From Candidatus Saccharimonadia bacterium (GTDB lineage Bacteria; Patescibacteriota; Saccharimonadia; UBA4664), in contig JBBRSS010000005.1 in the NCBI GenBank assembly GCA_038245115.1, positions 3,141-67,140 of the forward strand: a DNA stretch of 64,000 nucleotides. The letters run 5' to 3'. A model generated the notes under the pieces. It made no database searches, had not been told where the DNA came from, and was given only the letters and a program-made list of their open reading frames with translations. Every line of letters begins with the position of its first letter. Positions within the stretch are counted from its first letter, which is position 1. Position numbers and translations under genes: made by a program. Shown here piece by piece: positions 9,713-19,668 of this stretch.

Positions 9713-9771
9713 TCTTGTAGATTCGATATTTGTAAGGTATTATTATAAGTGTAAGCGGAATAAAAAGCAAG

Positions 9772-10326
9772 ATGGCTAGCTCGCGAAACAAATCTCTTTT
9801 TCCCATACGAAACGTAATTGTTATCGCGTTTTTACTTGCCACCCTGGGCGCCTTAGGGGTACTGGCTTATGAGAAGTCAAAACCCTCTAATACTGCAGGG
9901 CAGCCGATCGACACGACCAATAAAAACCCTCTCACCGAGCAAGAAAAGCAGCAGGCCGCAGCCGAGAAAAATCAATCGGCAGAGAAGGGAGCCGGTGCAA
10001 ATGCCTCAGTTACTCCCGTGCCCGTCAAGCTGGCGGCGGTAATAAACAGGGCGATTCAAATGAGTGCGGGCCAGCCTGTCAATATTCGCGGAACCATTTC
10101 GGGGACGTCGGTTGGAACCTGTGAATTGAAATTCGTAAAAACGGGGCAGACTGCGTTTTCCAAAAGTTTTCCCATTGTCATGGATGCCACCTCAGCCACC
10201 TGCGGCCAAGCCGATGTGCCGTCCGGGGAATTCCCGGCGTCGGGTGAGTGGGAAGTTCAGCTCGTGGCTAAAAATGGGGCCACAGCGTCCGCGGCTGCAA
10301 AATCAACTGTACAGGTTAGTAAATAA
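9772..10326 (+). CDS. Membrane-anchored hypothetical protein
   Basis: N-terminal TM helix (VIVIAFLLATLGALGVLAY). Translationally coupled (TAATG) to the next gene. Confidence 0.4.
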   Translation: MASSRNKSLFPIRNVIVIAFLLATLGALGVLAYEKSKPSNTAGQPIDTTNKNPLTEQEKQQAAAEKNQSAEKGAGANASVTPVPVKLAAVINRAIQMSAGQPVNIRGTISGTSVGTCELKFVKTGQTAFSKSFPIVMDATSATCGQADVPSGEFPASGEWEVQLVAKNGATASAAAKSTVQVSK

Positions 10327-12377
10327 TGCACAGACGAGTGTTAGCCGCAATGCATATTCCACTAGGTCGTCTGGCAGCTATGGCCGTGCTGATATTTCAG
10401 AGTGGTCTTGGCGGCTTGTTCTGGTTCGGCTCAGCGCAGGCTCTGTCTGGGAGCGACTTCCGGCCAGGCCGAATTATCGACAACGCTATCTTCTACAACC
10501 GCTCCGCGATGTCTGTTGACCAGATACAGCAATTTCTCAATGCTCGCGTCCCTGTCTGCGACACGAATGGGACCAAGCCATCGGAAAATGGCGGAGGAAC
10601 CCGGGCCCAGTATGGGGCCTCGCAGGGCTACCCGGCCCCATACACCTGTGTTCGTGATTACTGGCAGAACCCCACTACCGGCGAGGACAACTATGGCGGA
10701 AAGCCCACCCCTGCCGGCGCCCAGAGCGCTGCCCAAATAATCTGGAACGCGGCTCAGCAATACAACGTCAACCCTCAGGTTTTGTTGGTATTGATTCAAA
10801 AAGAGGCTATCGGCAATATTCTCGGCGACGAGTGGCCATGGCCAAACCAATACCGGACGGCAACAGGTTTCGGGTGCCCCGATAACGGCCCCAACAATAC
10901 GGCCAACTGCAATGCACAGTATTACGGGTTTGCCAATCAAGTCACCCTCGCCGCCAAGCAGTTTCGCCTGTACGCCAACAACCCGGGCAACTATAACTTC
11001 CTGCCCAGCACTACGAACTTTATCCAGTGGAGCCCCAATGCAAGCTGTGGCGGAGCAAATGTCTATATCGAGAACCAGGCGACGGCTTCACTCTATGACT
11101 ACACCCCCTATCAGCCCAATCAGGCGGCCCTCAAAAATCTTTACGCAACCGGTGATGGCTGCAGCGCGTACGGTAACCGCAACTTCTGGCGCATTTTTAC
11201 CGAGTGGTTTGGAAACACTACAGAATCGGCCGATGAGCTCGACCGCCCCGACTCTCAGCGCAGCCTCCAGACGGTTGAATTTAACAGCCAGATTTACACG
11301 TTTTACTACGATTCATTCCAGCGCGTACTGCGGGTGGCAACGCAGAACATCTCGACCGGAGTATGGGAATACACGGTGATCGACGGCTCGAGCAAGGACG
11401 CCGGCGGCAGAATAGACGCCAGCCTCGGGAGCGGCGTCACCGTCACTACCCTCGCAAATTCGCTCCAGGTTTACTACTACGACAAAACCAACGGTGATCT
11501 GAGGCACGGCTGGAAGGATAGTAACGGGTGGCACTTTGAGACCCTCGACGGCGACGCTGGCTCGATATCCCACCAGTCGGGAGACGTAGGCGCGAACCCG
11601 AGCGTCACAACCCTCAACGGCTCGATCCAGTTATTCTACTACGACCGCGGACAGGGTAATATGCGGCACGCCTGGGCCGATGCCACCGGGTGGCATTTTG
11701 AAAACCTCGACGGCGATGCGGGCTCCTTGGGCCACCTAACTACCGACACGGGCCTATACTCGACAGTATCTACGTTCGCCGGGTTTGTTCAGCTGTATTA
11801 CTATGACCGCGGGCAAGGCAACTTGCGGCATGCCTGGACCGATGCCACCGGGTGGCATTTTGAAAACCTCGACGGCGACGTCGGTTCGATTGCTCGCCAA
11901 TCTGGTGACGTGGGTCTGAGCCCGTCGATGACCATCGTTGGCAGCTCAATCCAGTTGTTTTACTACGACCGCGGGCAAGGTAACCTGCGCCATGCCTGGT
12001 CCGATGCCACCGGGTGGCATTTTGAAAACCTCGACGGCGACGTCGGTTCGATCGCTCGCCTATCTGGTGACGTCGGCATCAACTCCAGCGTTTCCAGCTT
12101 CGGAGGCTCGATCCAGCTGTTCTACTACGACCGCGGGCAAGGCAACCTGCGCCATGCCTGGGCCAATACCACCGGCTGGCATTTTGAGGATCTCGACGGG
12201 ACCCCAGGCTCGATCGGCCGCCGCAACGGCGACACTGGAGTCGGCTCAACGGTCACGCCCTTCAGTAACTCTTTGCAGCTGTACTACTATGACCGCACCA
12301 GCGGAAACCTGCGGCACTCCTGGTCGGACACAACCGGGTGGCACTTTGAGGATCTGGGACCTTTGGTTATATACTAA
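10326..12377 (+). CDS. Secreted protein whose C-terminal half is seven ~55-aa tandem repeats (probable 7-bladed beta-propeller, lectin-like)
   Basis: N-terminal signal-like helix. The repeats follow the pattern 'Q[LV][FY]YYDRGQGNLRH.W.D.TGWHFE[ND]LDGD.GS...GD.G' seven times. Confidence 0.6.
   Translation: MHRRVLAAMHIPLGRLAAMAVLIFQSGLGGLFWFGSAQALSGSDFRPGRIIDNAIFYNRSAMSVDQIQQFLNARVPVCDTNGTKPSENGGGTRAQYGASQGYPAPYTCVRDYWQNPTTGEDNYGGKPTPAGAQSAAQIIWNAAQQYNVNPQVLLVLIQKEAIGNILGDEWPWPNQYRTATGFGCPDNGPNNTANCNAQYYGFANQVTLAAKQFRLYANNPGNYNFLPSTTNFIQWSPNASCGGANVYIENQATASLYDYTPYQPNQAALKNLYATGDGCSAYGNRNFWRIFTEWFGNTTESADELDRPDSQRSLQTVEFNSQIYTFYYDSFQRVLRVATQNISTGVWEYTVIDGSSKDAGGRIDASLGSGVTVTTLANSLQVYYYDKTNGDLRHGWKDSNGWHFETLDGDAGSISHQSGDVGANPSVTTLNGSIQLFYYDRGQGNMRHAWADATGWHFENLDGDAGSLGHLTTDTGLYSTVSTFAGFVQLYYYDRGQGNLRHAWTDATGWHFENLDGDVGSIARQSGDVGLSPSMTIVGSSIQLFYYDRGQGNLRHAWSDATGWHFENLDGDVGSIARLSGDVGINSSVSSFGGSIQLFYYDRGQGNLRHAWANTTGWHFEDLDGTPGSIGRRNGDTGVGSTVTPFSNSLQLYYYDRTSGNLRHSWSDTTGWHFEDLGPLVIY
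11440..12365 (+). repeat. Coding tandem repeats (~165-168 bp unit, ~5.5 copies, high identity)
   Basis: For example, 11800-11900 and 11960-12060 are nearly identical at the nucleotide level. Confidence 0.6.
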
Positions 12378-12382
12378 ACACT

Positions 12383-14170
12383 ATGAGCCGACCAGATGTC
12401 ACCCGGTTAAAAAGCCTGCTATGGCAATACAAGCACCACCTGCTAGCGGGTGGGCTTATTTTAATATGGTGCCTCCCCTATTTCACAACTGGCACCAAGC
12501 TGGAATGGGGCGATTTCAGCTTCTTCTGTCAGGGTTACGAGGCTATTCGAATCCAAATTATGCACTATCACGAGTTTCCCTGGTTCAACCCTTGGGTTGC
12601 CGGTGGGGTGCCGCTTTACGCCAACCCTCAATTTGGCGTGTTCTCATTCCAAACGCTATTTGTCTTGCTATTTGGGGCGCCGATTGGCCTGAAGCTGGCA
12701 CTGGTCGTCTATACGCTGCTCGGTTATGCTTCGATGTATATTCTGACCCGCCGTTTCTTCAAAATTAGTGCCACCACTGCCTGTCTAGTAAGCCTAGCCT
12801 GGGTATTTTCCTCGTTCTTTGTGGCCCATCTGCCCGCTCACTTCACCTTCGCATGGTATATGCTGGCGCCATTTTATGTGTACTTGGCACTAACGGTACG
12901 AGCCTGGCGAGGCGGATTGGGTGTGGGAACGGCCTTCGCAGTGATGGCGCTGTCGGCTTTCCATAACGCTTTTTTCCAGATCGGGCTTGTGTGTGCCTGC
13001 ATCCTCCTCATCCGTTTAGTAGTAGGTAAAGTGCCGCGCGTCCAACTGCTAGGTGCCATACTCACGACTGCAACAACGTTTTTGGTCCTCGCAGGCCACC
13101 GGATAATTTTTACGATTCAAAACGTTAGTGATTTCCCGCGCATACTGACTGACCCGCCGCTCGGGGCCGCTAAATCAGTTTTTGCCGTGGTTCTGCCCTA
13201 CTCGGTCGCTCACCCATTCAGGTTTATCCGCTACCCTTCAAGCCCGTTCGGCTGGACGGAAACTACGTCATCGGTGGGGGTATTCCTTACCGTGGCCGCG
13301 GGCCTGGGGATACTATTTCTGTTGCATTCCCGCCGCGAACGAACATTGTCCAAGCCTTTGCTGGTAATGACACTCGGGGTCTTATTGGTAGCTTTGATCT
13401 TTATTGTAATTGGAGCTGGCTCGGTACGGCCATGGGCGCCATATAGCTTGATCAAGGATCTACCGGTCTTCAATAATATGCGCGTGTCTTCCCGGTGGTT
13501 TATCTGGTTCTCGTTCGCCGTGCTAGTTTTTGTGGGGCTGGTCGCCCAGCACACCCGGAAACGTTCATTCGGCCGCTACATTTTTTACAGTCTGTTGGGG
13601 CTTGGAGTAGGCGAATTATTCGTCATGAATGCTGGCTACCAGGCCAAGGCATTCGTACACGCCGTAGTGGCCCCAGCGCAGGCATTTTCCAACTACCAAT
13701 TCGTTCAAACGGGTACCTTCGGTGAATCTATGTCCTTGCCCGGCGGTAACCGCATAAGCCAGAACGACGGGCTTATGCCCCATTTTTACCGCGAGTATGA
13801 AGCCACGCTTTATAATACTGGCGTCATACATGCCAATGACGCCCTCATAGACCTGAATACCAGGCCCACGCCCCGATGCAGCCTGGCGCAAGGCTGCGGG
13901 CTTGTGCTCACGCCTAACGCCCGTCTGGTATCGTGGACTCCGGGTAAGATCGTCATGACCCGCCTAGCACCGGGCCCAATACGGCTCGACATTAACGACT
14001 CCAACTACTTTGTAGTGAACGGAACGCGGCGATACGGGGCCAGAGTGGCCGAGCCCTATAAAGATTTTGTTATCACTGCACCGGAAAAGACGATAACGAT
14101 CGAGGTGAAACCGGCGGTGAATATCGGCGAGTTAGCCCGATCTCTGGTGCATGCCGCGCAGAATCAATAA
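12383..14170 (+). CDS. Polytopic membrane protein (YfhO/DUF2079-like putative membrane glycosyl/polymer transferase)
   Basis: 595 aa with more than 12 predicted TM helices in the N-terminal 420 aa and a soluble C-terminal domain. Confidence 0.45.
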   Translation: MSRPDVTRLKSLLWQYKHHLLAGGLILIWCLPYFTTGTKLEWGDFSFFCQGYEAIRIQIMHYHEFPWFNPWVAGGVPLYANPQFGVFSFQTLFVLLFGAPIGLKLALVVYTLLGYASMYILTRRFFKISATTACLVSLAWVFSSFFVAHLPAHFTFAWYMLAPFYVYLALTVRAWRGGLGVGTAFAVMALSAFHNAFFQIGLVCACILLIRLVVGKVPRVQLLGAILTTATTFLVLAGHRIIFTIQNVSDFPRILTDPPLGAAKSVFAVVLPYSVAHPFRFIRYPSSPFGWTETTSSVGVFLTVAAGLGILFLLHSRRERTLSKPLLVMTLGVLLVALIFIVIGAGSVRPWAPYSLIKDLPVFNNMRVSSRWFIWFSFAVLVFVGLVAQHTRKRSFGRYIFYSLLGLGVGELFVMNAGYQAKAFVHAVVAPAQAFSNYQFVQTGTFGESMSLPGGNRISQNDGLMPHFYREYEATLYNTGVIHANDALIDLNTRPTPRCSLAQGCGLVLTPNARLVSWTPGKIVMTRLAPGPIRLDINDSNYFVVNGTRRYGARVAEPYKDFVITAPEKTITIEVKPAVNIGELARSLVHAAQNQ

Positions 14171-15486
14171 GCCGAGCGCACGAAAGTGTCAAACTGTTCG
14201 TAGGTAGTATCCCAGCTCGTGGGATGGTATTTCGAAGCGATCTCCGCTTCTTTACTGGCTAATACGGGCTTATCAAGATACTTAACGATGAGGTTGAGGC
14301 AGGCGGCTGCGTCAAATGGCTCGAAATACTCGAGCAAATCTCCGGCGATCTCCGTCATAGAGGAAGTGGATGACGGAAGGCACAGCTTGCCATAGGCCAG
14401 CGACTCGGCAATCGGCAGACCCCAGCCCTCGTAGATAGCCGGGAAGACGGTAAGACGACAATTTTGATAAAGCCAGGTGAGCTGGCTATCTGAAATGCCG
14501 CTAACGATCTGGATTTGGTCACGAACATCTGGGTCATGCTCCAGCGCATAAATAACGTCACCGGTGAACCATCCCCGACCGCCAACAATAACCAGCTTCG
14601 GCAGCTCAATGCCGCGGAGCTTCGCGAGCTTCCAGACTGAGTACAAGAGAGCGTGGTTTTTGCGGACTTCGAGCGTTCCGACACAGAGGATATACTCACC
14701 CGCCTCAAGTGAGCCAACCGAGCCGGGGTGAGGGGCGGCGGACATAACATCATCCCCCAGCCGCATGATACCAATCGGCGGAACGGGCAGGCGTAATTCT
14801 TTGCAGAAGCGCTCCATATCGCGCTTGGAAGACTTGGAAATGGCCACTAGGCCGTCGGAGTTGGCTGCGACCTCAAACATATGCTGGGTGTACTGGCGGA
14901 ACAGACCAGGGCCGAAAAGGTGGGGGTGAAGCGAAGGTATGAGGTCATAAATGACCTGCACTAACTTGAAGTGCAGCGAACGGCGTAGCACGCCGAGATC
15001 GGGCATGAGATTCGGGTAATCCCAGGCTTTGCCCATGATCAAAACAGTATCGCCGGCGGAGAAAACCGCCTCGGGTCCCACAGGTCCGCGATCAATTGTG
15101 CTGCGGCGCAACTTACTCAGGAAATGGCGGCCGCGGTGGTAGTTGTGGCGCAGACGGTTCTTGTTCTCGGGTGTGAGGATGGCGCGCCGCCAAGATTCGG
15201 GGGCGCGGTGAGCCAAGCCCCTGGCGGTCTGTACGGCCTTCTGTTTTAGCCGGCCCTTGAGTGACGGCGCCATGTCGGCCGCACTCGATCCTGGGTCCTC
15301 AGTTAGCGGTATAAACTGGGTCTCAACGAAAATACGCCGGGCGTCATTGTAGAAAAAGAAACGTACATCCTCGCGTTTGGAATACCCGTACGCGAGGTGA
15401 TAAACAACCCGCTGGATGCCGGTGTGGTGCCCGGACCAGGCGCGCAGGTCAGTTAGGTCAATCCAAATAACAGGTGCATGGCTCAT
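14164..15486 (-). CDS. GT4 (GT-B) glycosyltransferase
   Basis: 'YEGWGLPIAESLAYGK' E-x7-E motif region. Start chosen at the ATG at 15486, which is ATGA-coupled to the upstream gene's stop. Confidence 0.7.
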   Translation of the reverse strand: MSHAPVIWIDLTDLRAWSGHHTGIQRVVYHLAYGYSKREDVRFFFYNDARRIFVETQFIPLTEDPGSSAADMAPSLKGRLKQKAVQTARGLAHRAPESWRRAILTPENKNRLRHNYHRGRHFLSKLRRSTIDRGPVGPEAVFSAGDTVLIMGKAWDYPNLMPDLGVLRRSLHFKLVQVIYDLIPSLHPHLFGPGLFRQYTQHMFEVAANSDGLVAISKSSKRDMERFCKELRLPVPPIGIMRLGDDVMSAAPHPGSVGSLEAGEYILCVGTLEVRKNHALLYSVWKLAKLRGIELPKLVIVGGRGWFTGDVIYALEHDPDVRDQIQIVSGISDSQLTWLYQNCRLTVFPAIYEGWGLPIAESLAYGKLCLPSSTSSMTEIAGDLLEYFEPFDAAACLNLIVKYLDKPVLASKEAEIASKYHPTSWDTTYEQFDTFVRSAY

Positions 15487-16691
15487 AATTGTGAGACCTC
15501 CTTTACAAGATCCTTCATAACGTTTGGCCATTTCACGCCCTCGACGGACTTCTGTTGCTCTGGGGTGCGGGCTATGAACGGCGCGGCGAGTGCTTTGGTC
15601 AGATTCTCGCGAAATTGATCCGGGTTATCCGTCACCCATAAGTTAGGAAGGTCACGGTAGCGCTCATAGGAACGGAAGGCGTGGTTGGTAGCGACAATTT
15701 TTCGGCCGGAGAGCAGGGCTTCGGCAGTCTTTAAGTTGGATCCCCCGCCCTCCGTAATCGGCAGCACGACCACATCGCAGAGTTCGAGCAAAGCGGCCAG
15801 ACTGTCGTCGCTTAAGCGCCCGCACGCCACTGCTCTGAGCCAGAACGTCGCGTCCTCGAGTCGCTCCCTCGTGTAGCCCTGCGAGAAATAATCTGAAATG
15901 CTGCCCGCCAGAAACAATTTAGTGTCGGGAGGAAGAAAGCCCAGCCGATTGCCGATCATTTTCTCGAACCCGAACCAGTTTGGCGGGTGGGCGCTGCCTA
16001 CAAATATAACCTTTTTGGATATGTGGTGCTTCTCAAAGTAGTTTTGCCAATATGTGCTGGCGGCAGCGGTCGCAGGCAGAAGCTCTATCCCATTGGGCGC
16101 CAGTACGCTACGAACGGCACCCATCTTCATATGTTCATTAAGGTCACTGGTACTGACAGCTGCCAGAAGATCGCAGTCGGCCGCCAACTCGTGCTCCAGA
16201 CCCTCGATTTGGTCGGCAGCAGCTTTGGCTACCGCGGGGTCCACCCCCAGCCCCAAGAGCATCTCCTCTTTCATGCTGTACTCAACATTTTGCGAGCCGA
16301 ATATTAGTTTGGGCTTGAGGCCAAGCTCCTTAAGTAGCGGCTTGAGACCCAGATAGGGGTAAACCTGCTCAATGTGAATGACGTCCGGCCGGAAGCCCTG
16401 CAACAGCGAGCTAACTTTGCGCCTCACTTTGGGTTCCCGGTAAATCGCGTCGCTGACGATTATGTCACCGGTGAAGGGCGATTGCTGGATCTTGCGCGCG
16501 CTCGCTTCGCCAACCGCCACGTCTAGGCTCCCCGCCACGGGGTAAAAGCCCCGATAGTAAACCGCCATAAACTTCACCTCGCTGAAGTTTGCCTTGTAGG
16601 CATCATAGATTGCCTTGGTCCGCTTTTGGCCACCGTGCTGGGCATTGGCGATCGGATAGGTAGTAATGATAAGAATCTTCTTTTTGATCAT
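15483..16691 (-). CDS. GT4 glycosyltransferase
   Basis: 'ITEGGGSNLKTAEALLSGRKIV' C-terminal GT-B motif; starts MIKKKILIITTYP. Confidence 0.7.
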   Translation of the reverse strand: MIKKKILIITTYPIANAQHGGQKRTKAIYDAYKANFSEVKFMAVYYRGFYPVAGSLDVAVGEASARKIQQSPFTGDIIVSDAIYREPKVRRKVSSLLQGFRPDVIHIEQVYPYLGLKPLLKELGLKPKLIFGSQNVEYSMKEEMLLGLGVDPAVAKAAADQIEGLEHELAADCDLLAAVSTSDLNEHMKMGAVRSVLAPNGIELLPATAAASTYWQNYFEKHHISKKVIFVGSAHPPNWFGFEKMIGNRLGFLPPDTKLFLAGSISDYFSQGYTRERLEDATFWLRAVACGRLSDDSLAALLELCDVVVLPITEGGGSNLKTAEALLSGRKIVATNHAFRSYERYRDLPNLWVTDNPDQFRENLTKALAAPFIARTPEQQKSVEGVKWPNVMKDLVKEVSQL

Positions 16692-18595
16692 GACTCGGAA
16701 CGACCTTCGAAATATACCTTTATCTTAGCATCCAGCTGTTTTATACCTCCGGGCGACCGAAGAATTCGCGCTAGTTCATCGTTCGGGCTGGCCGCACTCC
16801 GGCAGAATTCCGCCAATTCGTGAGCCAGTTTCCGCACATCAAACTTCAAATACTCAGAGTAGCTAGACGGCAGCCCGCCCAGGTTCTTCACCGGGATGTC
16901 TGGGTCGAGCTGGCCTCGCACCGCCTGCTCGACCTCTGCGGACATCGTAAGCACGCCGCACGACTGGTTTACCATTGAAGCCAGCCCGGCGGCTTCCGGT
17001 TGCGCAAATGATTTCTCGAGTTTGGCCGCGTGGCTCGATATCAGCCCTTCATCCACAAGTTGAGTAAGGGGAAACTCGAGATTGCCTGCCCCGAGCAGCA
17101 CAAAACCGGGTAAAGCGAGGGCGGCGCGCAGAATACGGGCAGAGTATTTGGTGTCATCAATGACATAGAGTACGGCATCGGTGGCGTGGTACCGGGCCAG
17201 GGTGAAGTCGCCGACATCGTTGGCTCGAGCGATGCGGTCGATATACGCAGGGTGGCTTCCAGGGGCATCGTGACCAGCATCAAAGTAGTACTCAATATCC
17301 CACAATTCATTTAGCGCTGAGTAGAAATACTGCATAAATTGTGCCAGCGGGCTGCCGCTGATCGGATGCGGGCAAACAATTGCTACCCGGGGTCTGGCGG
17401 GAGCAGATGGCAGCGGCATATGGTCTTGAATCTGCTTCAAGCCGCTGGCAAAGGCCTTCGCACTATTACGCCAGCTGTATTTTTTGAGCGTTGGAGCGTA
17501 CTGGGCATGTCTGTGTTCCCAGTCTTGGTGTGTTACGGCGCTCATGAGAGCGGACGTAATTTCAACAGACGAATGGGGGTCGAACATGTAAAACGCCTGC
17601 TCGGAAATCTCTTTGAATACCGGTATGGCGGAGCAGGCCACTGGCCGGCCCTTAGCCATAGCCTCAAGGACGGGCAAGCCCAGCCCCTCGATCTCGGAAG
17701 GGAATAATATAAGCTCGGCGTGGTCGAACAGCCAATCCAGCTCGCTCTCGGTGATATTGCCGGTGAATATCAAATCATCGGAGCGGGCGGACAGCTGGGC
17801 CCGGCTACGCTCACTTACAAAAGACGTAACAACCAACTTGAACTGGTTGCCAAACTGCTCGTTAAACCGGGCAAAACCCTCAACTGCCCGCAAATTGTTC
17901 TTGTGAGGGTAATCGGCAGAAGGAAGCAGTATGAACCGTTCATTGCCGAAGTCTTTCGGGCGCAGGGCCTTTTGAACGGTGCTTTCGATGGGTGCGCCAC
18001 CAATCTGAGCCGTGCGCTGGGGGTCAACTCCAAGGCGGGCCACTAAATCATCGATAGTGGTTTGAGAAATACCCGCAAGATAGTTGGCCTCAAAAATAGT
18101 ACAAAACCGTTCAAAATAAGCGTCTCCGGGGAAGTACCGATTGTAATCGCTCCATAGGACGTACGGTATAAGATCGTAAAAAATCAGGGCCTTCACTCTG
18201 GCGCGGTCGGGGAAGACGGCAAAATAATCAAAGGTGAAGTGTGACAGGATCAAATAATCGAAAGGCTGCTTCTGAAACTGCGATTCAGCCCAATAGTTGA
18301 TAGCGCGCTTGGCATCGCGGTGCTGCGCGTCCGGACGCCGGCCGTCATGCGAATCGGGTAGCGTAACCATCACTACCTCGGGCTTATAGGCAACAAATAC
18401 TGCTCGTATTTCTTCCAGCCGGGCATCATCGAACTTAAGGTTGCGGTTGAATAGCAGTATAACGTGCTCGTAATCGAGCAGCCGGTCTGCAAAGAGCTGC
18501 CGTAGAAGACTGAGCGAGTAGCGGCCCATTCCTCTGTGCCATGCTGCGGTCTGGAACAGCTGGCTGTCTATAACGATGGTTTTCGCTGGATTCAT
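16688..18595 (-). CDS. Large GT-B fold glycosyltransferase (two Rossmann-like halves)
   Basis: 'FPSEIEGLGLPVLEAMAKGRPV' motif; 635 aa. Confidence 0.65.
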   Translation of the reverse strand: MNPAKTIVIDSQLFQTAAWHRGMGRYSLSLLRQLFADRLLDYEHVILLFNRNLKFDDARLEEIRAVFVAYKPEVVMVTLPDSHDGRRPDAQHRDAKRAINYWAESQFQKQPFDYLILSHFTFDYFAVFPDRARVKALIFYDLIPYVLWSDYNRYFPGDAYFERFCTIFEANYLAGISQTTIDDLVARLGVDPQRTAQIGGAPIESTVQKALRPKDFGNERFILLPSADYPHKNNLRAVEGFARFNEQFGNQFKLVVTSFVSERSRAQLSARSDDLIFTGNITESELDWLFDHAELILFPSEIEGLGLPVLEAMAKGRPVACSAIPVFKEISEQAFYMFDPHSSVEITSALMSAVTHQDWEHRHAQYAPTLKKYSWRNSAKAFASGLKQIQDHMPLPSAPARPRVAIVCPHPISGSPLAQFMQYFYSALNELWDIEYYFDAGHDAPGSHPAYIDRIARANDVGDFTLARYHATDAVLYVIDDTKYSARILRAALALPGFVLLGAGNLEFPLTQLVDEGLISSHAAKLEKSFAQPEAAGLASMVNQSCGVLTMSAEVEQAVRGQLDPDIPVKNLGGLPSSYSEYLKFDVRKLAHELAEFCRSAASPNDELARILRSPGGIKQLDAKIKVYFEGRSES

Positions 18596-18600
18596 CCGGA

Positions 18601-19668
18601 CTACTCTACGCCTCGACGCGACCGGGTGGCGCGTTTGGCTTTGCGACCGAGCGCCCGCAGTGCCGAATAACCCTTGCGAACGATGCGAGCTAGGTGGTGC
18701 TTGGGCCGGTCAATATAGTTGCGAAGGTACTGTTCGCGAGCAGTTATAGGGGTGGTGCCCTCAACTAGGTCTAGCTTCTTGGGGCCGGCACTAGTTCTTG
18801 TGTTGAGACGCTTAATGATGGCGATATCAAATGACCTTAACAATGCCAAAGTATTATGAACGATCCCCCCCGATGCGCCTTTTAGCTCCTGCTTCGTGCG
18901 CTCGAGCTCGCGGCCCAACTCTTCTGTCTCAAGACGGGCTGCCTGCAATTCACCCTCCAGACGCTTCTGCTCCTTGTAAAGATTAAAAGGTACAACTACG
19001 GGTCCAAGCAGCATCACATCCGGGTACGAGAAGTTAGTCGCCCGCTGCTTTGCCTCGCCGGCTAGATAGTAGTCGTTCAGGCCGTCGAAGAACGCTAGGC
19101 TGTAGTTTTGGCCAAGAATAAGCTTGTGCCAGTCTTTTACTATGTGGTTCGATTCAATACAGATAACTTCAGGGCGATACTTTTCCCAATCGTTTCCCAC
19201 CAGGGCTTCATATTCATAGCCTTCAATGTCGATTTTCAAAAAGTGGATGTGCTCGACTTTGTACTGGGTGAAGATTTGAGCCAATGGCAGCAAATCAACC
19301 TCATAGTCACGGTACTCGTTGGTATGAGCGGAGGGGTTGTGTTGATATTCCGACATCATCTCATGGGAGAACGTTGATAGGCCGTGGTTATGGTACTCCC
19401 TGAACATGAGCCGGCCGGCCTCGCCTGCGACCCCGACGCCAAGGTTGATGTCGCGGGTCCGGTCGGCTTCCAGTAGCGCCAAAAGTTTGCGGTTGGGCTC
19501 GATATTAATTCCGTTCCACCCACGGGCATAGAACAGTTTAGTAACGGAGTCATTTGTAGGGTGGTTAGCACCGACATCGACATAAAACCCCTTCTCCACC
19601 TCCGGAAAGAACCCACTAAGGATAATGTCCTCGCGGTTCTGAGCATAAGAAATAGTAATATTATTCAC
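18601..19668 (-). CDS. FkbM-family SAM-dependent methyltransferase with a C-terminal coiled-coil
   Basis: 'VDVGANHPTNDSVTKLFYARGWNGINIEPN' FkbM motif. The likely true start is the GTG at 19668, which has GGAGG 5 nt upstream and overlaps the upstream stop as GTGA. The track's 79-aa N-terminal extension is probably spurious. Confidence 0.7.
   Translation of the reverse strand: MNNITISYAQNREDIILSGFFPEVEKGFYVDVGANHPTNDSVTKLFYARGWNGINIEPNRKLLALLEADRTRDINLGVGVAGEAGRLMFREYHNHGLSTFSHEMMSEYQHNPSAHTNEYRDYEVDLLPLAQIFTQYKVEHIHFLKIDIEGYEYEALVGNDWEKYRPEVICIESNHIVKDWHKLILGQNYSLAFFDGLNDYYLAGEAKQRATNFSYPDVMLLGPVVVPFNLYKEQKRLEGELQAARLETEELGRELERTKQELKGASGGIVHNTLALLRSFDIAIIKRLNTRTSAGPKKLDLVEGTTPITAREQYLRNYIDRPKHHLARIVRKGYSALRALGRKAKRATRSRRGVE

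Noticed and set aside
11440-12365. CRISPR array
   Set aside because: The regular repeats are ~165 bp, in-frame and protein-coding (propeller blades), not 25-40 bp repeats with unique spacers. No cas genes are present.
10175-12768. ORFs 10175-10519, 10402-10740, 10431-10940(-), 10912-11379, 11313-11573(-) and 11938-12768 inside or near the propeller-repeat gene
   Set aside because: Out-of-frame readings of the repeat-containing gene; the translations are Ser/Thr/Pro/Arg-rich junk.
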